The notes: a model not told the origin generated them from the sequence alone. A stretch of 64,000 nucleotides of DNA from an uncultured Verrucomicrobiae bacterium (GCA_963756875.1 CAVWPA010000003.1:1216001-1280000); one strand, 5' to 3'. Positions 42,228-51,721 are shown, counted from the stretch's first letter. Translations and numbers: made by a program.

Positions 42228-43919
42228 CTACTTCGGAAGCTCGTTAGTCTTTCCGAAGTACTCCCACTGCTGCAACGCGATCGGGATGTTCCCGTTCTTC
42301 CAGAGGAAATCGTGGAAGTTGCGGAGACTGAATTTGTCGCCCTGCTGCATCCGCGCTTCGGCGAGAAACTTCAAGATTTGGAGTTTTCCGATCTGATAGG
42401 TGAAGGCCTGGCCAGGCCCGGTTGAGAAGGCGATGGCTTCGCTGCGCGCGGTCTGTGCGTCCATTGGCACCTTGTCCCGTAAGTATTTTGCAGCCTGCTC
42501 GAGCGTGAACTGGCCGAGGGCGAGTTTTACGTCTACCTCCACGCGCAGCGCGCGCAGGCGCATGAAGTTGTAAATGATCTCGCGCGTGTGCGGGCTGTCG
42601 TCGAACAAACCGGCTTGCAACATCATCTCCTCGGCGTAGAAACCGATCCCTTCGTTCGCAGTCGAGTCGTAGTAATGACGCCGGATCGGGTCCTCCTGTT
42701 TCCAGGAAAGACAGAGCTGGAAGTAATGTCCGGGAATTCCTTCATGAACGGTGAGCGGCCGCGGGTCCTGCGCGGTGGCCCTGAAAAAGTAACCGAGCTT
42801 TGGTGAAGGTTCAGTGACGTATCGGACGCAATTTTCATTCAGCCGCGATGGCGAAGTAAAGTCGTCCATCTCGCCGAAGCCTTGCAAGACCTGCAAATAT
42901 TCCGGCATCGGCCGTAAGATGTAATGCCGAAGCCAGTCCGGGACGGTGAGAATGCGTTGCGTTGTGAGAAAGTCGCGGATCTGCAGTTCTTTCGCCGCTG
43001 CGTCCTTGATCCATTCATCGATGCTGGTCGCGAACTTCAATGGCGGCACATTTCGGTTTCGCTGCTTCTCGATCGCCTCGAACGCCACGGCGCGGTTCCA
43101 TTCCTGGCGGCCCATCGCCAAAAGTTCTTCAGGCGAATAGGGGAGGAGTGCGACATGCTTTATAAAGAAGAGATAGGCGTCGCGGCCGAGCGCTGTTTCT
43201 TGCGGTAGCGCCGGTAATTTCTTCTGAAGCCACTGTCGAAATTTCTCGAGCGCATCTGCCGCCCGATCGGTTGCAGCATTCAACTCCTCTGCTTTGAGAG
43301 TTGTCGACGGCTGCAACGCGGCGGCCATCTGGTGCAGGCGCGGCCGAATGTTTTCCAGCGCCTGGATCGCTACGCTCGCGAACGGGGCAGGCGGGTTCGT
43401 GAGGTTGCCTTCGGCTTCCTTCAGAATCGCCGGGATATTTTCAATGCGCGTCAAAATCTCGCGACTGCTTTGGTCGTTGTAAGGTCCGGGCACGTCGAGC
43501 GCTTCGACGATTGGCGTGAGGGTCTGTTCGATGTAAAAATTCGGGTCGCGCTTCCAGCGCGGGTTGACCTGCAATTCCCATTGCACCCGCGCCAGGGCCG
43601 AGCCGATCAGCCGGTAATCGACCTGCTTTGGAACAGGCCATTTGCTGGAATCGATCTTTTTCCAGCGCGCTTCGAATTCCTCCAGATCTGTTCGGCGCTT
43701 CTCGATGCTGGCCAACGACCAGTCGCGAACTCCGCCGGGACGCTCCATTCTATTCACATCGTCCCCAGTGAATGGTGCATTTGCCGCGCGCCAGCTCCAA
43801 AAATCAGCGGCCAGTTTTTCCAGCGGTTCCGTCGCCGACTTCCCGGGTTGCGTCTGGCAATGAATGTTCGCCGGCAAGGCAAGCAGAACGAAAAGAAGCG
43901 TTCTCTGGAAATTTTTCAT
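42228..43919 (-). CDS. DUF885 family protein
   Basis: Signal peptide, HEGIPGHYFQ, NEGIGFYAEE, YQIGKLQI, FHDFLWKNG. Confidence 0.88.
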   Translation of the reverse strand: MKNFQRTLLFVLLALPANIHCQTQPGKSATEPLEKLAADFWSWRAANAPFTGDDVNRMERPGGVRDWSLASIEKRRTDLEEFEARWKKIDSSKWPVPKQVDYRLIGSALARVQWELQVNPRWKRDPNFYIEQTLTPIVEALDVPGPYNDQSSREILTRIENIPAILKEAEGNLTNPPAPFASVAIQALENIRPRLHQMAAALQPSTTLKAEELNAATDRAADALEKFRQWLQKKLPALPQETALGRDAYLFFIKHVALLPYSPEELLAMGRQEWNRAVAFEAIEKQRNRNVPPLKFATSIDEWIKDAAAKELQIRDFLTTQRILTVPDWLRHYILRPMPEYLQVLQGFGEMDDFTSPSRLNENCVRYVTEPSPKLGYFFRATAQDPRPLTVHEGIPGHYFQLCLSWKQEDPIRRHYYDSTANEGIGFYAEEMMLQAGLFDDSPHTREIIYNFMRLRALRVEVDVKLALGQFTLEQAAKYLRDKVPMDAQTARSEAIAFSTGPGQAFTYQIGKLQILKFLAEARMQQGDKFSLRNFHDFLWKNGNIPIALQQWEYFGKTNELPK

Positions 43920-43929
43920 CGCGATACGA

Positions 43930-44964
43930 TCAATCCGCGGTTTGCTTGATCGTGACGGCCACCGGTGTGCGGCCGGGCCGATACATCGACGCGCCGTAGC
44001 AAATCGCGGCGGTATTCGACCGCGCGTAGCGAACTTCGTTTAACTCCGCGTCCCAATGCTCCATGTAAGAGCAGTTCGCCGTCTTTTTACTGCCGGGGAT
44101 GGGGACATAACGATTTTCAACCAGCGAAAGAAAAGCCGATTCGCCAGGCAACGGAATCGGCGCGGCCCAGTTCGGCGAGAGCCGCACCAGTTTCGGTCCA
44201 TTCAGGTCGAGTGCAAAACAGGTATCGCCGTCGGTGCTGTTCAGATGCAATCCAAAGAACGCAAGGCGCAGCAGGCCGTCGAAAAGAAAGTGTCGATCGT
44301 TGTTCAGACTTTCATGCAGTAGCTCAAATACGCCGAAAAACCCGGGCAATTTACCGAACTCGGTTTCTGTGCCCGATTTCGGATAGCGCACCAGATAATG
44401 TTTGCCGTGGCCAGGACCGTCGACCTGATCGTCCGGATCGGATGCATCCTCGCGCAAAACCAATTCCACCGAGCCATCCGGCGCGGCGTAGCTCTTCGAT
44501 TCCGCGGAATTCTCGGGCGTCGAGCCCGGCGTTGGAGATCCTTCCGGCGAAGCACCGGCAGTCGGCGACGGCGATTGTTCCGGTGGCTTTTCGGGTTCGC
44601 GATTTGTAAAATAGCGCGAGTTTTTTGTTGCCGTGTACCAATCCGGCGCTGCATCCAGTTTCTTCAAGCCGCTCCCGAGCGGACTCACGCTCCAGAACTC
44701 GAGCGGATTTCCGCTCTTTTCGCGCGTGAAAACGATCGTCTCGCCGTCCGGCGCGAAGATCGGATCGACATCCTGCCCCTCGTTTACATTGGTGAGCTGT
44801 CGCAAAAATTTGCCGTCTTCGCGATACAAATAAAGATGCGAATGACTTGCTCCTTCCGCTTGCAGATAACGGATGGCGAGAACGATCTCCGAGGCAGCCA
44901 GCATCTGCGAGGCGGTCGATAGGAGCACCGCAAGGAAAATCAAGCTTCCGAACATCTGTCGCAT
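43930..44964 (-). CDS. Secreted protein with a PD40/TolB-like repeat
   Basis: Signal peptide, RQLT..DVDPIFAPDGETIVFTR, Pro/Ser/Thr linker. Confidence 0.7.
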   Translation of the reverse strand: MRQMFGSLIFLAVLLSTASQMLAASEIVLAIRYLQAEGASHSHLYLYREDGKFLRQLTNVNEGQDVDPIFAPDGETIVFTREKSGNPLEFWSVSPLGSGLKKLDAAPDWYTATKNSRYFTNREPEKPPEQSPSPTAGASPEGSPTPGSTPENSAESKSYAAPDGSVELVLREDASDPDDQVDGPGHGKHYLVRYPKSGTETEFGKLPGFFGVFELLHESLNNDRHFLFDGLLRLAFFGLHLNSTDGDTCFALDLNGPKLVRLSPNWAAPIPLPGESAFLSLVENRYVPIPGSKKTANCSYMEHWDAELNEVRYARSNTAAICYGASMYRPGRTPVAVTIKQTAD

Positions 44965-44996
44965 GATGGCCGGTTTGCCGGAAATAATTCGCGTTG

Positions 44997-46376
44997 TCAA
45001 TTTCTGGTTCTGCGGATTCGCCAAAACAGATACGCCGGCAAACCGGTCAGCATGATGCCGAGGCCGATCAGGCTGTTGTGCGGGTAACGGCGCACCGTGC
45101 TGAAGACCACGGCGCAACAGGCGACAATGAAGAAGAGCGTGGTATATGGGTGGCCCGGCACGCGAAAGATATCGGCCTTGTCCTGGGCCGCCTCTTTCCG
45201 GCGTCTGAACACGAAGATGCAGGCCGCAGTGAGCGCGAAGAAGAGCGCGTCCACGGACTCGACGTAGTTTAGAATCTGTTCGTAGCGGCCCCAGAGCGCG
45301 ATGACGATGGCCAGCGCGCCTTGCAGCGCGATCGCAAACGCCGGCACATGTGCGCGGTTTACGCGCGCCAGCCGGGCAAAGAACAAGCCGTCCTCAGCCA
45401 TGGCAAAATAAACCCGCGGCGCGGTCAGCATGCTTTGGCTGAGAAATCCCAGAGTGGAGACGGCAATGCCGGCCGCAATAATTCGCGCGCCGTTCTCGCC
45501 GAGCGCCAGGCGCATCACCGCCGAGGCCGGCGTTTTCGTTTCTGCCAGACCTTGTGGTCCCAACCCGTGCACACAAACGAAATTCACCGACAGATAAACC
45601 AGAATTACGCCGAGCACTCCCAGCAATAACCCCCGCGGGAGATTTTTGCGCGGTTCGCGCACTTCGCCGGCCACGAAACAGGCCGTCTGCCAGCCGCCGT
45701 AAGCGAACGCGACAGGAATGAGCGCCGCGCCGAAAGCGGTCAACGAATTCCAAATTGTCGGCGGCAACGCTTCCGGGATTGCGGCTTGAGAGCTTTGCGG
45801 CGCACCGGTTAGCCTCAGCCCGAACACGACCAGGACCGCAATTGCGACCAACTTTAGGATCATAAACAAGTTTTGGGTCGTGCTGCCGGCGCGCACTCCG
45901 AGGCAATTGATGGCCGTCAACAGCGCGAGTGCGATCGCTGCGAGCCCCGCCGCGGCGGTGTCGCTGGCCTGTCCCCCGCCGATCGCGCAGACGTACTTGG
46001 CAAATGTCACTGCGACGGCCGCCATTCCGCCGGTTTGGATGACAAGCAGCAGCGCCCAGCCGTAAACGAACGCGAGTGACGGATGGAAAGCGTCGCGCAG
46101 ATAAACGTATTGCCCGCCGCTAACCGACGTTTGCGACGAAAGCTCCGCGTAAATGAAAGCTCCCGCCAATGCAATCAATCCGCCAGCCGCCCACGCGCCG
46201 AGAATCAACGCAGTCGAAGGCACCTCTTGCGCGACCACGTACGGATTGATGAAAATGCCCGAGCCGATGATCCCGCCCATCACGATCATCGTGGTGTCGA
46301 ACAACCCAAGCCGCCGCGCCAGCTGCGACTCCGCCGATTTGTCAGGAGCGTTGCTAATGCGTGTTAGAATCAGCAA
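44997..46376 (-). CDS. APC family amino acid permease
   Basis: GGIIGSGIF, GGQYVYL, FAYGGWQ..GEVREPRKNLP, PRVYFAMAEDGLF, FRVPGHP. Confidence 0.92.
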   Translation of the reverse strand: MLILTRISNAPDKSAESQLARRLGLFDTTMIVMGGIIGSGIFINPYVVAQEVPSTALILGAWAAGGLIALAGAFIYAELSSQTSVSGGQYVYLRDAFHPSLAFVYGWALLLVIQTGGMAAVAVTFAKYVCAIGGGQASDTAAAGLAAIALALLTAINCLGVRAGSTTQNLFMILKLVAIAVLVVFGLRLTGAPQSSQAAIPEALPPTIWNSLTAFGAALIPVAFAYGGWQTACFVAGEVREPRKNLPRGLLLGVLGVILVYLSVNFVCVHGLGPQGLAETKTPASAVMRLALGENGARIIAAGIAVSTLGFLSQSMLTAPRVYFAMAEDGLFFARLARVNRAHVPAFAIALQGALAIVIALWGRYEQILNYVESVDALFFALTAACIFVFRRRKEAAQDKADIFRVPGHPYTTLFFIVACCAVVFSTVRRYPHNSLIGLGIMLTGLPAYLFWRIRRTRN

Positions 46377-46474
46377 TCGCGGTGGCCATTATCAATCCCA
46401 AAGCCAACCTTACCCTCTGCCCGGCGCAGCCTTTGGCGAAGGCGAGACCTCCGATCGCTGATCTTCGTGGCGAT

Positions 46475-46546
46475 CGTTCCCGGGGAGAATCGAACTCCCA
46501 TTTAAGGTTTAGGAAACCTCCGTTCTATCCGTTGAACTACGGGGAC
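46475..46546 (-). tRNA. tRNA-Arg(CCT), hybrid gene at the element junction
   Basis: Minus strand GTCCCCGTAGTTCAACGGATAGAACG-GAGGT-TTCCTAA-ACCTT-AAAT-GGGAGTTCGATTCTCCC-CGGGAAC-G; C3.A70 mismatch. Confidence 0.93.
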
Positions 46547-46565
46547 AAATGGCGATTTTTCTTGG

Positions 46566-46589
46566 TTGTGTCACCCGTTTGTGTCACCC
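46566..46589 (+). repeat. Tandem TTGTGTCACCC x2, candidate integrase arm sites (left)
   Basis: Identical 11-mers at 46566 and 46579. Confidence 0.8.
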
Positions 46590-46599
46590 TGGCTTTCCG

Positions 46600-47725
46600 A
46601 TGGCCAAAAAGGCGGCGAGTCATAACGGGAAAAACGGTTCAAGAAGGTCGGGCCGAATCTATATCGAGATGCAGCCGGTCGTTATTATCTGCTCGTCAAA
46701 AAGAGCGGCAAGCAGTTTCGCCGGAGCCTAAAGACGAAGGACCCTGCGCTAGCGAAACGGCGATTGCGGGAATTTCAGGACCGGGCGGGCCGACTAAATA
46801 CGGATGGAACCAATAGTTCGATCCGATTTGATGACTTCGCAGAGATGGCTCGCAGCCAAGACGGCTGAACTTAAAGCATCCTCAGCGTATCGACGTGCAA
46901 GCGTACTTAAAGCAACTCGGCCGTTTTTCAACGGCCGTTTGGTGCGAGCGATCGGCGCGAAGGAGATCGAAGCATGGAAGATTAAACGTGGAGCAACGAT
47001 TTCCGCTCGCAGTTGGAATATCGAAGTCGAGACGCTGAAACAAATTTTCGCGTACGCAAAGGACACGTTGCGAATTATCCTGGATAATCCTGCACGATTG
47101 TTGAAGCGAAAGAAAGAACCGAAAGCGGGAATTGTTATTCCGTCGAAAGAACAATTCCGCGCTTTGGTGAATGAGCTGCGGACCGGCCATCGGCAACTGG
47201 AGAAGCGGCGGATTCGTGGAATTCCTGGCATACTCGGGATGTCGGCAAGGCAAGCGAAACACGTCCGGTGGCGCGATATCAAACGAACTTGGGACGTTGC
47301 TAATTACAGGCGGCGAAACTGGAACAAAGAATTATGAGGCGCGAACGATTCCATTATTCGCTCCTCTTGCGTCGACTTGTTGGAGTCAATGAGGACGCGA
47401 AAAACGATTGGACACTGATGACGCATGAATTTTCCAGATTGGAGATGCACGGCTTCAAATCATCCGAGCATGTGAACGTCTCGGATTGCCTCGCTTTGGT
47501 CATCATACAATGCGCCATTTTTTTTGTTCGAACGCAATCGAAGCGGGATGTGATTTCAAGGTTATTGCCGGTTGGCTTGGACATAAAGACGGGGGAGTGC
47601 TGGTCGCGATGACATACGGTCACCTTCGAAGCGAACACAGTGCTGCGATGGCGAAGCGAATTACCTTCGACGCCGTATCAGACGAACCTGACACCGATCG
47701 TTCGATCATTCCTCTGCCCGTATGA
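46600..47725 (+). pseudogene. Tyrosine recombinase/integrase with several frameshifts
   Basis: Pieces in successive frames: KVGPNLYR..YYLLVK..QFRRSLKT (arm-binding), FLAYSGCRQG (R), GTKN (K), HTMRHFF (HxxR), WLGHKDGG...TYGH (H, Y). Confidence 0.88.
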
Positions 47726-48563
47726 GTGAAGGCAGGGAGTTGATGGAGTGGATTCGCGGCAAGTGGTATGAGCCGATCATCCGACGCGTTGAGACGTTCG
47801 AGGACGAATCGGAGGTTTTTCAGGAAGTCGAGTCGGTAACTCGAGACCTGACTCTGCGGAATGGGCTTTCGAATGCGTTATAAGGGGAGTGCGTCCATTT
47901 GGCGAAGCTAGCGGGGATTCCCTTTAGCGGCACCTTCGGCGCGAAGGAAGTGGGGGCCATTAATTGGTTCAAAGACTGCGATCTGTAAAGCGATGGCGGA
48001 AATCATAGGGTGACTCAAAGCTGGACGCCCGCAGATTGGGAGAAGTTCGTAGATGCTTGGGAGAAAGGAGGTCGATTGAATACGCGCAAAGGACGTGGAA
48101 GAGGTTCGCCGACAAATTGCATCCGGAGTTTGAGGCAATTCGGAAGTTCGCCGTGACTGAGGCGGCTAAGCAAAGCTATCTCGAAGACCTTCAATTCATC
48201 ACTGGGTTGCAAAAGGGAATGACGCTCATGGTTGAGCTGCGGAAGACAATACGTAAAGCCGTAACGAAGAGCTGGAATTCGACACCCAGAAACGGATGGC
48301 GGTTTATCTGTTTGCGATGTGCGAATGGGAGGCTATCGAAGCGAGGACGTGGGGAGTTTAGTTGGCCGGAACTGTCGGAAGCCTTCTCTGAGGCTTTCGA
48401 TCATCGGATCGAAATCGACGAAGACGCGTTCAAGAAGATACTGCAACGGTGCGGCCTTGGCGTGGGCAAAGCCTGGGCGGAAGATTCCTCTGAGGTAGTA
48501 AATCGGGACAGCGGACCGGCGTCCATGTCCTTAGTGCGCCTGCAAAGATGGGCGCATGAATGA
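47722..48563 (+). pseudogene. Hypothetical element protein, frameshifted
   Basis: ATGA overlap with the integrase stop; coding-like pieces continue across frames up to the HTH gene. Confidence 0.45.
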
Positions 48564-48763
48564 ACAGACAAAACTAATACAAACTCCGAAGTTCGCGCTT
48601 AATCGCGTGGAAGCGGCGGAGGCGCTAAGCGTAAGTCCGGCGACATTAGATCGCTTGGCGAATCGAGGTCTGATCCTGCCGTGTCGAGCGACAGGGCGGC
48701 CTCGTATCGATCAAGGAGATCGAAAGGTTCCTCAGCTCAACAACGCTCTTGGGCGAACTGTGA
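48556..48763 (+). CDS. Excisionase-like HTH protein (frameshift near 48700)
   Basis: LNRVEAAEALSVSPATLDRLANRGLI; natural ending SIKEIERFL..GEL-TGA is in another frame. Confidence 0.75.
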
Positions 48764-49746
48764 GCGCGGAACAGGGGCCAGTTGGAAGGCGGGAGAGCTC
48801 GGATGCCGCCGCGTCAGCGGCGGCGCCGAGCCTTCCTTGTCTTAAGAAGGATAACTGCATCGTTAATGGCAGATATCGAGCTGTCTTTGTGGCACAGGAA
48901 AACATTCGTCTCTACATCTGGAAGTTCGGAGAGCAGAACGTTGGGTCATTGACTGTTACAGCTGCGGACTGCTTGGAGTCTTCAGAGTTTCAAGAAAAAT
49001 GGCATTCGTATCTGAATCCGTTGAAAAAACTGTTTCCAACGGGCATGTGGACACGGGAGCGGCAGCCGCGAAGCGGTAACTGGCACGCGCACGCGATTGT
49101 AAATGTCGGATGGGATATCAAGACGAATTTTCCGCGGGACCAGGTTGAGCGGCGGTTCTATGCGAACGTCAATCCGCGGTTGAGGGAATTGTGGAAGGAT
49201 CTGCGAAAGACCGCGCTATCACATGGCCTCGGTCGCGTGGAGTTGTTACCGTTGAAATACGGCGGCGATGCTTGCGCTCGTTATTTTACCAAATACCTAA
49301 CAAAAGCTCTCGGTTCGGAAAAAGCGGTTGGAGAAGAGAAGTGCAGGCTTTTCAGTGTTTGGGGCGGCGTTCGGTTTGTTCATTCGCGGTTCAGCTTTCT
49401 TTCGTCGCGCATTATTCAAAAGCGAAAGCAATGGCTCACCGAGCAGTTGGGATATTCTGATACATCGGAGTTAAAAAAGCTTTCGCAGCATTGGTGGTTT
49501 CATTACGGCAAGGCTTTGTGCGACGTGATTATGCCGGAGGATTTTTACAAAGTTGGACCGCCGGGCAATCGCCAGTTTGATGATGTGGGGTTGCGTGCCT
49601 GGGAGCGCGATTGGGCGGCTTGGCCCGGAGAACCTTCAGCGGACGTGGTGACGCGATCACAATTCAACTTGTTCTATGATATTGGTTTGCGTCTGTTCGG
49701 CCGGAAATCCAGGCAGGCTTTGCAATTACGCGATGTATTTCTTTGA
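48760..49746 (+). CDS. HUH-superfamily rolling-circle replication initiator
   Basis: Motif I LTVT, motif II ERQPRSGNWHAHAIV, motif III YFTKYLTK; GTGA overlap with the HTH stop. Confidence 0.8.
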   Translation: MSAEQGPVGRRESSDAAASAAAPSLPCLKKDNCIVNGRYRAVFVAQENIRLYIWKFGEQNVGSLTVTAADCLESSEFQEKWHSYLNPLKKLFPTGMWTRERQPRSGNWHAHAIVNVGWDIKTNFPRDQVERRFYANVNPRLRELWKDLRKTALSHGLGRVELLPLKYGGDACARYFTKYLTKALGSEKAVGEEKCRLFSVWGGVRFVHSRFSFLSSRIIQKRKQWLTEQLGYSDTSELKKLSQHWWFHYGKALCDVIMPEDFYKVGPPGNRQFDDVGLRAWERDWAAWPGEPSADVVTRSQFNLFYDIGLRLFGRKSRQALQLRDVFL

Positions 49747-49837
49747 GAAGCGGTAGCCCGGCAAATGAATGAGGCGCATGTTATAGAGCGTGAGGTCAAC
49801 GCATCTGAACAGCTGTTCCCGCCTAGATTTTTTGGCT

Positions 49838-49872
49838 ACACCTTCTTTGGGCGATGCCAAAAAGGTGTTTTT
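49838..49872 (+). terminator. Terminator after rep
   Basis: ACACCTTCTTTGG...CCAAAAAGGTGT stem followed by TTTT. Confidence 0.6.
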
Positions 49873-49895
49873 ATTACGGCTCGCTTACGCTTTTT

Positions 49896-50093
49896 TTAAA
49901 GTTCTAGCACTTTCTTAGCTTTCGCTACATCAGCGTCTGAGCCTTCAATCACCAATGTTGAGTCGCGGTTGATCGCGATTTTTAGATTGCTTAATCCAGC
50001 GCCGGTGAGCTGAGAGCGAATTTGTTCTTCCAACTGTTCGTACATTGCCCGCTCAAAATCGCCGGAGTTAAAATCCATTGAGAACGTAATCAT
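49896..50093 (-). CDS. Small hypothetical protein (65 aa), element cargo
   Basis: Clean ORF 8 nt downstream of the 157 aa gene; mixed alpha/beta-looking sequence. Confidence 0.55.
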   Translation of the reverse strand: MITFSMDFNSGDFERAMYEQLEEQIRSQLTGAGLSNLKIAINRDSTLVIEGSDADVAKAKKVLEL

Positions 50094-50101
50094 GGACAGG
50101 A

Positions 50102-50575
50102 TTACCTTTTCTTCGCTTCCCGCACAAGTTCCCGCACAGCCGGAAGACGCGGAACCTTTCCAGTGGATTCAAGTATCTTTTCCACCTTCCGACGAACTTT
50201 GTCTCGCTTGCGCTCATCGGGAATCGACAAAATTTCCTCGGCATGCGAATCGGGTATGCGATCTAGGCGTTCTCCTTTGGTATAGTACTTGGCAAAACTA
50301 CGCGCGTTGTCGCAACTCTTACGACTCGCCAAGCCTTTCAAGGCTAGGGTGCTGACCAGTCCGTTGAGCAATCTAGATTTTCCAAATTTCTTTTCGTATT
50401 CAATCAGCAGATCCCCTAGGCGGCTTCGGGTGTGGTCTTTTGCGCGACAGAACTCACATACAGCTTCGATAAAGTCGCCCTCCGAAATCGACTGATCGTG
50501 GAGCTGAATGAAGGTGTTCGCTACAATAAACTTGGACCACAGTATGTTTTTGACTGGCGGGTTGTTGTTTTTCAT
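50102..50575 (-). CDS. Hypothetical DNA-binding protein, weakly LmbU/ParB-HTH-like
   Basis: RLGDLLIEYEKKFG...NARSFAKYY...R...SHAEEI...VRELVRE pattern; basic. Confidence 0.6.
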   Translation of the reverse strand: MKNNNPPVKNILWSKFIVANTFIQLHDQSISEGDFIEAVCEFCRAKDHTRSRLGDLLIEYEKKFGKSRLLNGLVSTLALKGLASRKSCDNARSFAKYYTKGERLDRIPDSHAEEILSIPDERKRDKVRRKVEKILESTGKVPRLPAVRELVREAKKR

Positions 50576-50663
50576 TTCCCGGTAACGGTATCCCGTTGAC
50601 GGGGAAACGTCAAGTGGGCTTTCGGGATTCGGTTACATATCACAAATTCTTTGCGCCGTAGTT

Positions 50664-50686
50664 TTGTGTCACCCTTTGTGTCACCC
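50664..50686 (+). repeat. Tandem TTGTGTCACCC x2, candidate integrase arm sites (right)
   Basis: Identical 11-mers at 50664 and 50676. Confidence 0.8.
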
Positions 50687-50813
50687 GGTGGGAAAAAACA
50701 GCCGATTCCTGATTATTGCTGAGGACGCTGATCGGTTTGTAAGTGTCAAGCGAGTGCGGGCTTGCGTATGCATGATGATGCCTAACGAATCCTGCAAAAA
50801 CGGCCGTTTCGCC

Positions 50814-50851
50814 TTAGGAAACCTCCGTTCTATCCGTTGAACTACGGGAAC
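50814..50851 (-). repeat. Displaced 5' half of tRNA-Arg (att site)
   Basis: Minus strand GTTCCCGTAGTTCAACGGATAGAACGGAGGTTTCCTAA; identity ends exactly at the anticodon loop. Confidence 0.92.
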
Positions 50852-50997
50852 TGTTCCAGTTATCGGTTATCAGTTATCAGATATCGGAGGTCGGATTTCA
50901 AATTCGGATTGCGGATTCGCAATTGTCGATCTTAGCAGCGCAGGAAACAATCCGCGAAATCCGTGTAATCCGCGGTTAAGCTTCTGATCTCTGAACT

Positions 50998-51721
50998 ATG
51001 CGCGTTTTCGTAATTACCGGCGCGGGCGTTTCCGCTGAAAGCGGGATCCCGACTTTTCGCGGCAAGGACGGTTACTGGCGGAATCTCGATCCGATGACAA
51101 CTGGCAACGCCGGAAGCGTTTGCGCGCGATCCGCAACTAGTCTGGGAATGGTACAGCGAACGCCGCGACAAAATTCGCGCGGCGAAACCGAATGCCGCGC
51201 ATCAGGCGATCGTGAGATTATCGACTCTCGCGCGCGAGTTCCTGCTTTTGACGCAGAACGTTGATGATCTGCACGCGCGCGCTGGGTTCGAAGGCAAAAA
51301 GATTCCGAAAGAACAGATCGTGCAGATTCATGGCGATATTTTTGTCACTCGATGTTCGCGATGTGAATTGGAGAGGGAGGATCATGATCATGATCATGAG
51401 CAAGATCATGAGGGGGTGCCGACGTGCTCCGAGTGCGGAGGGGTGATGAGGCCGGGAGTGGTTTGGTTTGGCGAGCAATTGGATCCTAAAAAGATTGGGA
51501 GGGTGGAAACTTATCTGGGCCGGGGTCCATGTGATCTGGTGATGGTCATCGGCACGACGGCGCTTTTTGGTTACATTGTCGATTGGGCGATGCGGGCGCG
51601 CGGGAAACATGGCGAGCTCATTGAAGTAAATCCGAGCGAGACACCGATATCGTCGTTCGCGACGCGACTGGTGCGCGAACCTGCGGCAGTGGCGTTGCCG
51701 CGTATCGTTTCCGAATTGTAG
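50998..51721 (+). CDS. cobB: NAD-dependent deacylase, sirtuin (frameshift near 51100)
   Basis: [36 protein letters not shown]...[20 protein letters not shown]. Confidence 0.9.

Larger units (their letters stand above)
46509..50851. mobile_element. Integrative element of about 4.3 kb in tRNA-Arg: integrase, HTH, rolling-circle Rep, small ORFs
   Basis: Bounded by 37/38 nt direct repeats (46509-46546, 50814-50851); integrase next to the tRNA; paired TTGTGTCACCC sites inside both ends. Confidence 0.9.

Noticed and set aside
48556..49746. Apparent 396-aa HTH-Rep fusion protein
   Set aside because: The HTH's natural end (SIKEIERFL..TGA 48763) is in another frame and Rep has its own GTGA-coupled start; the fusion is best explained by an indel near 48700.
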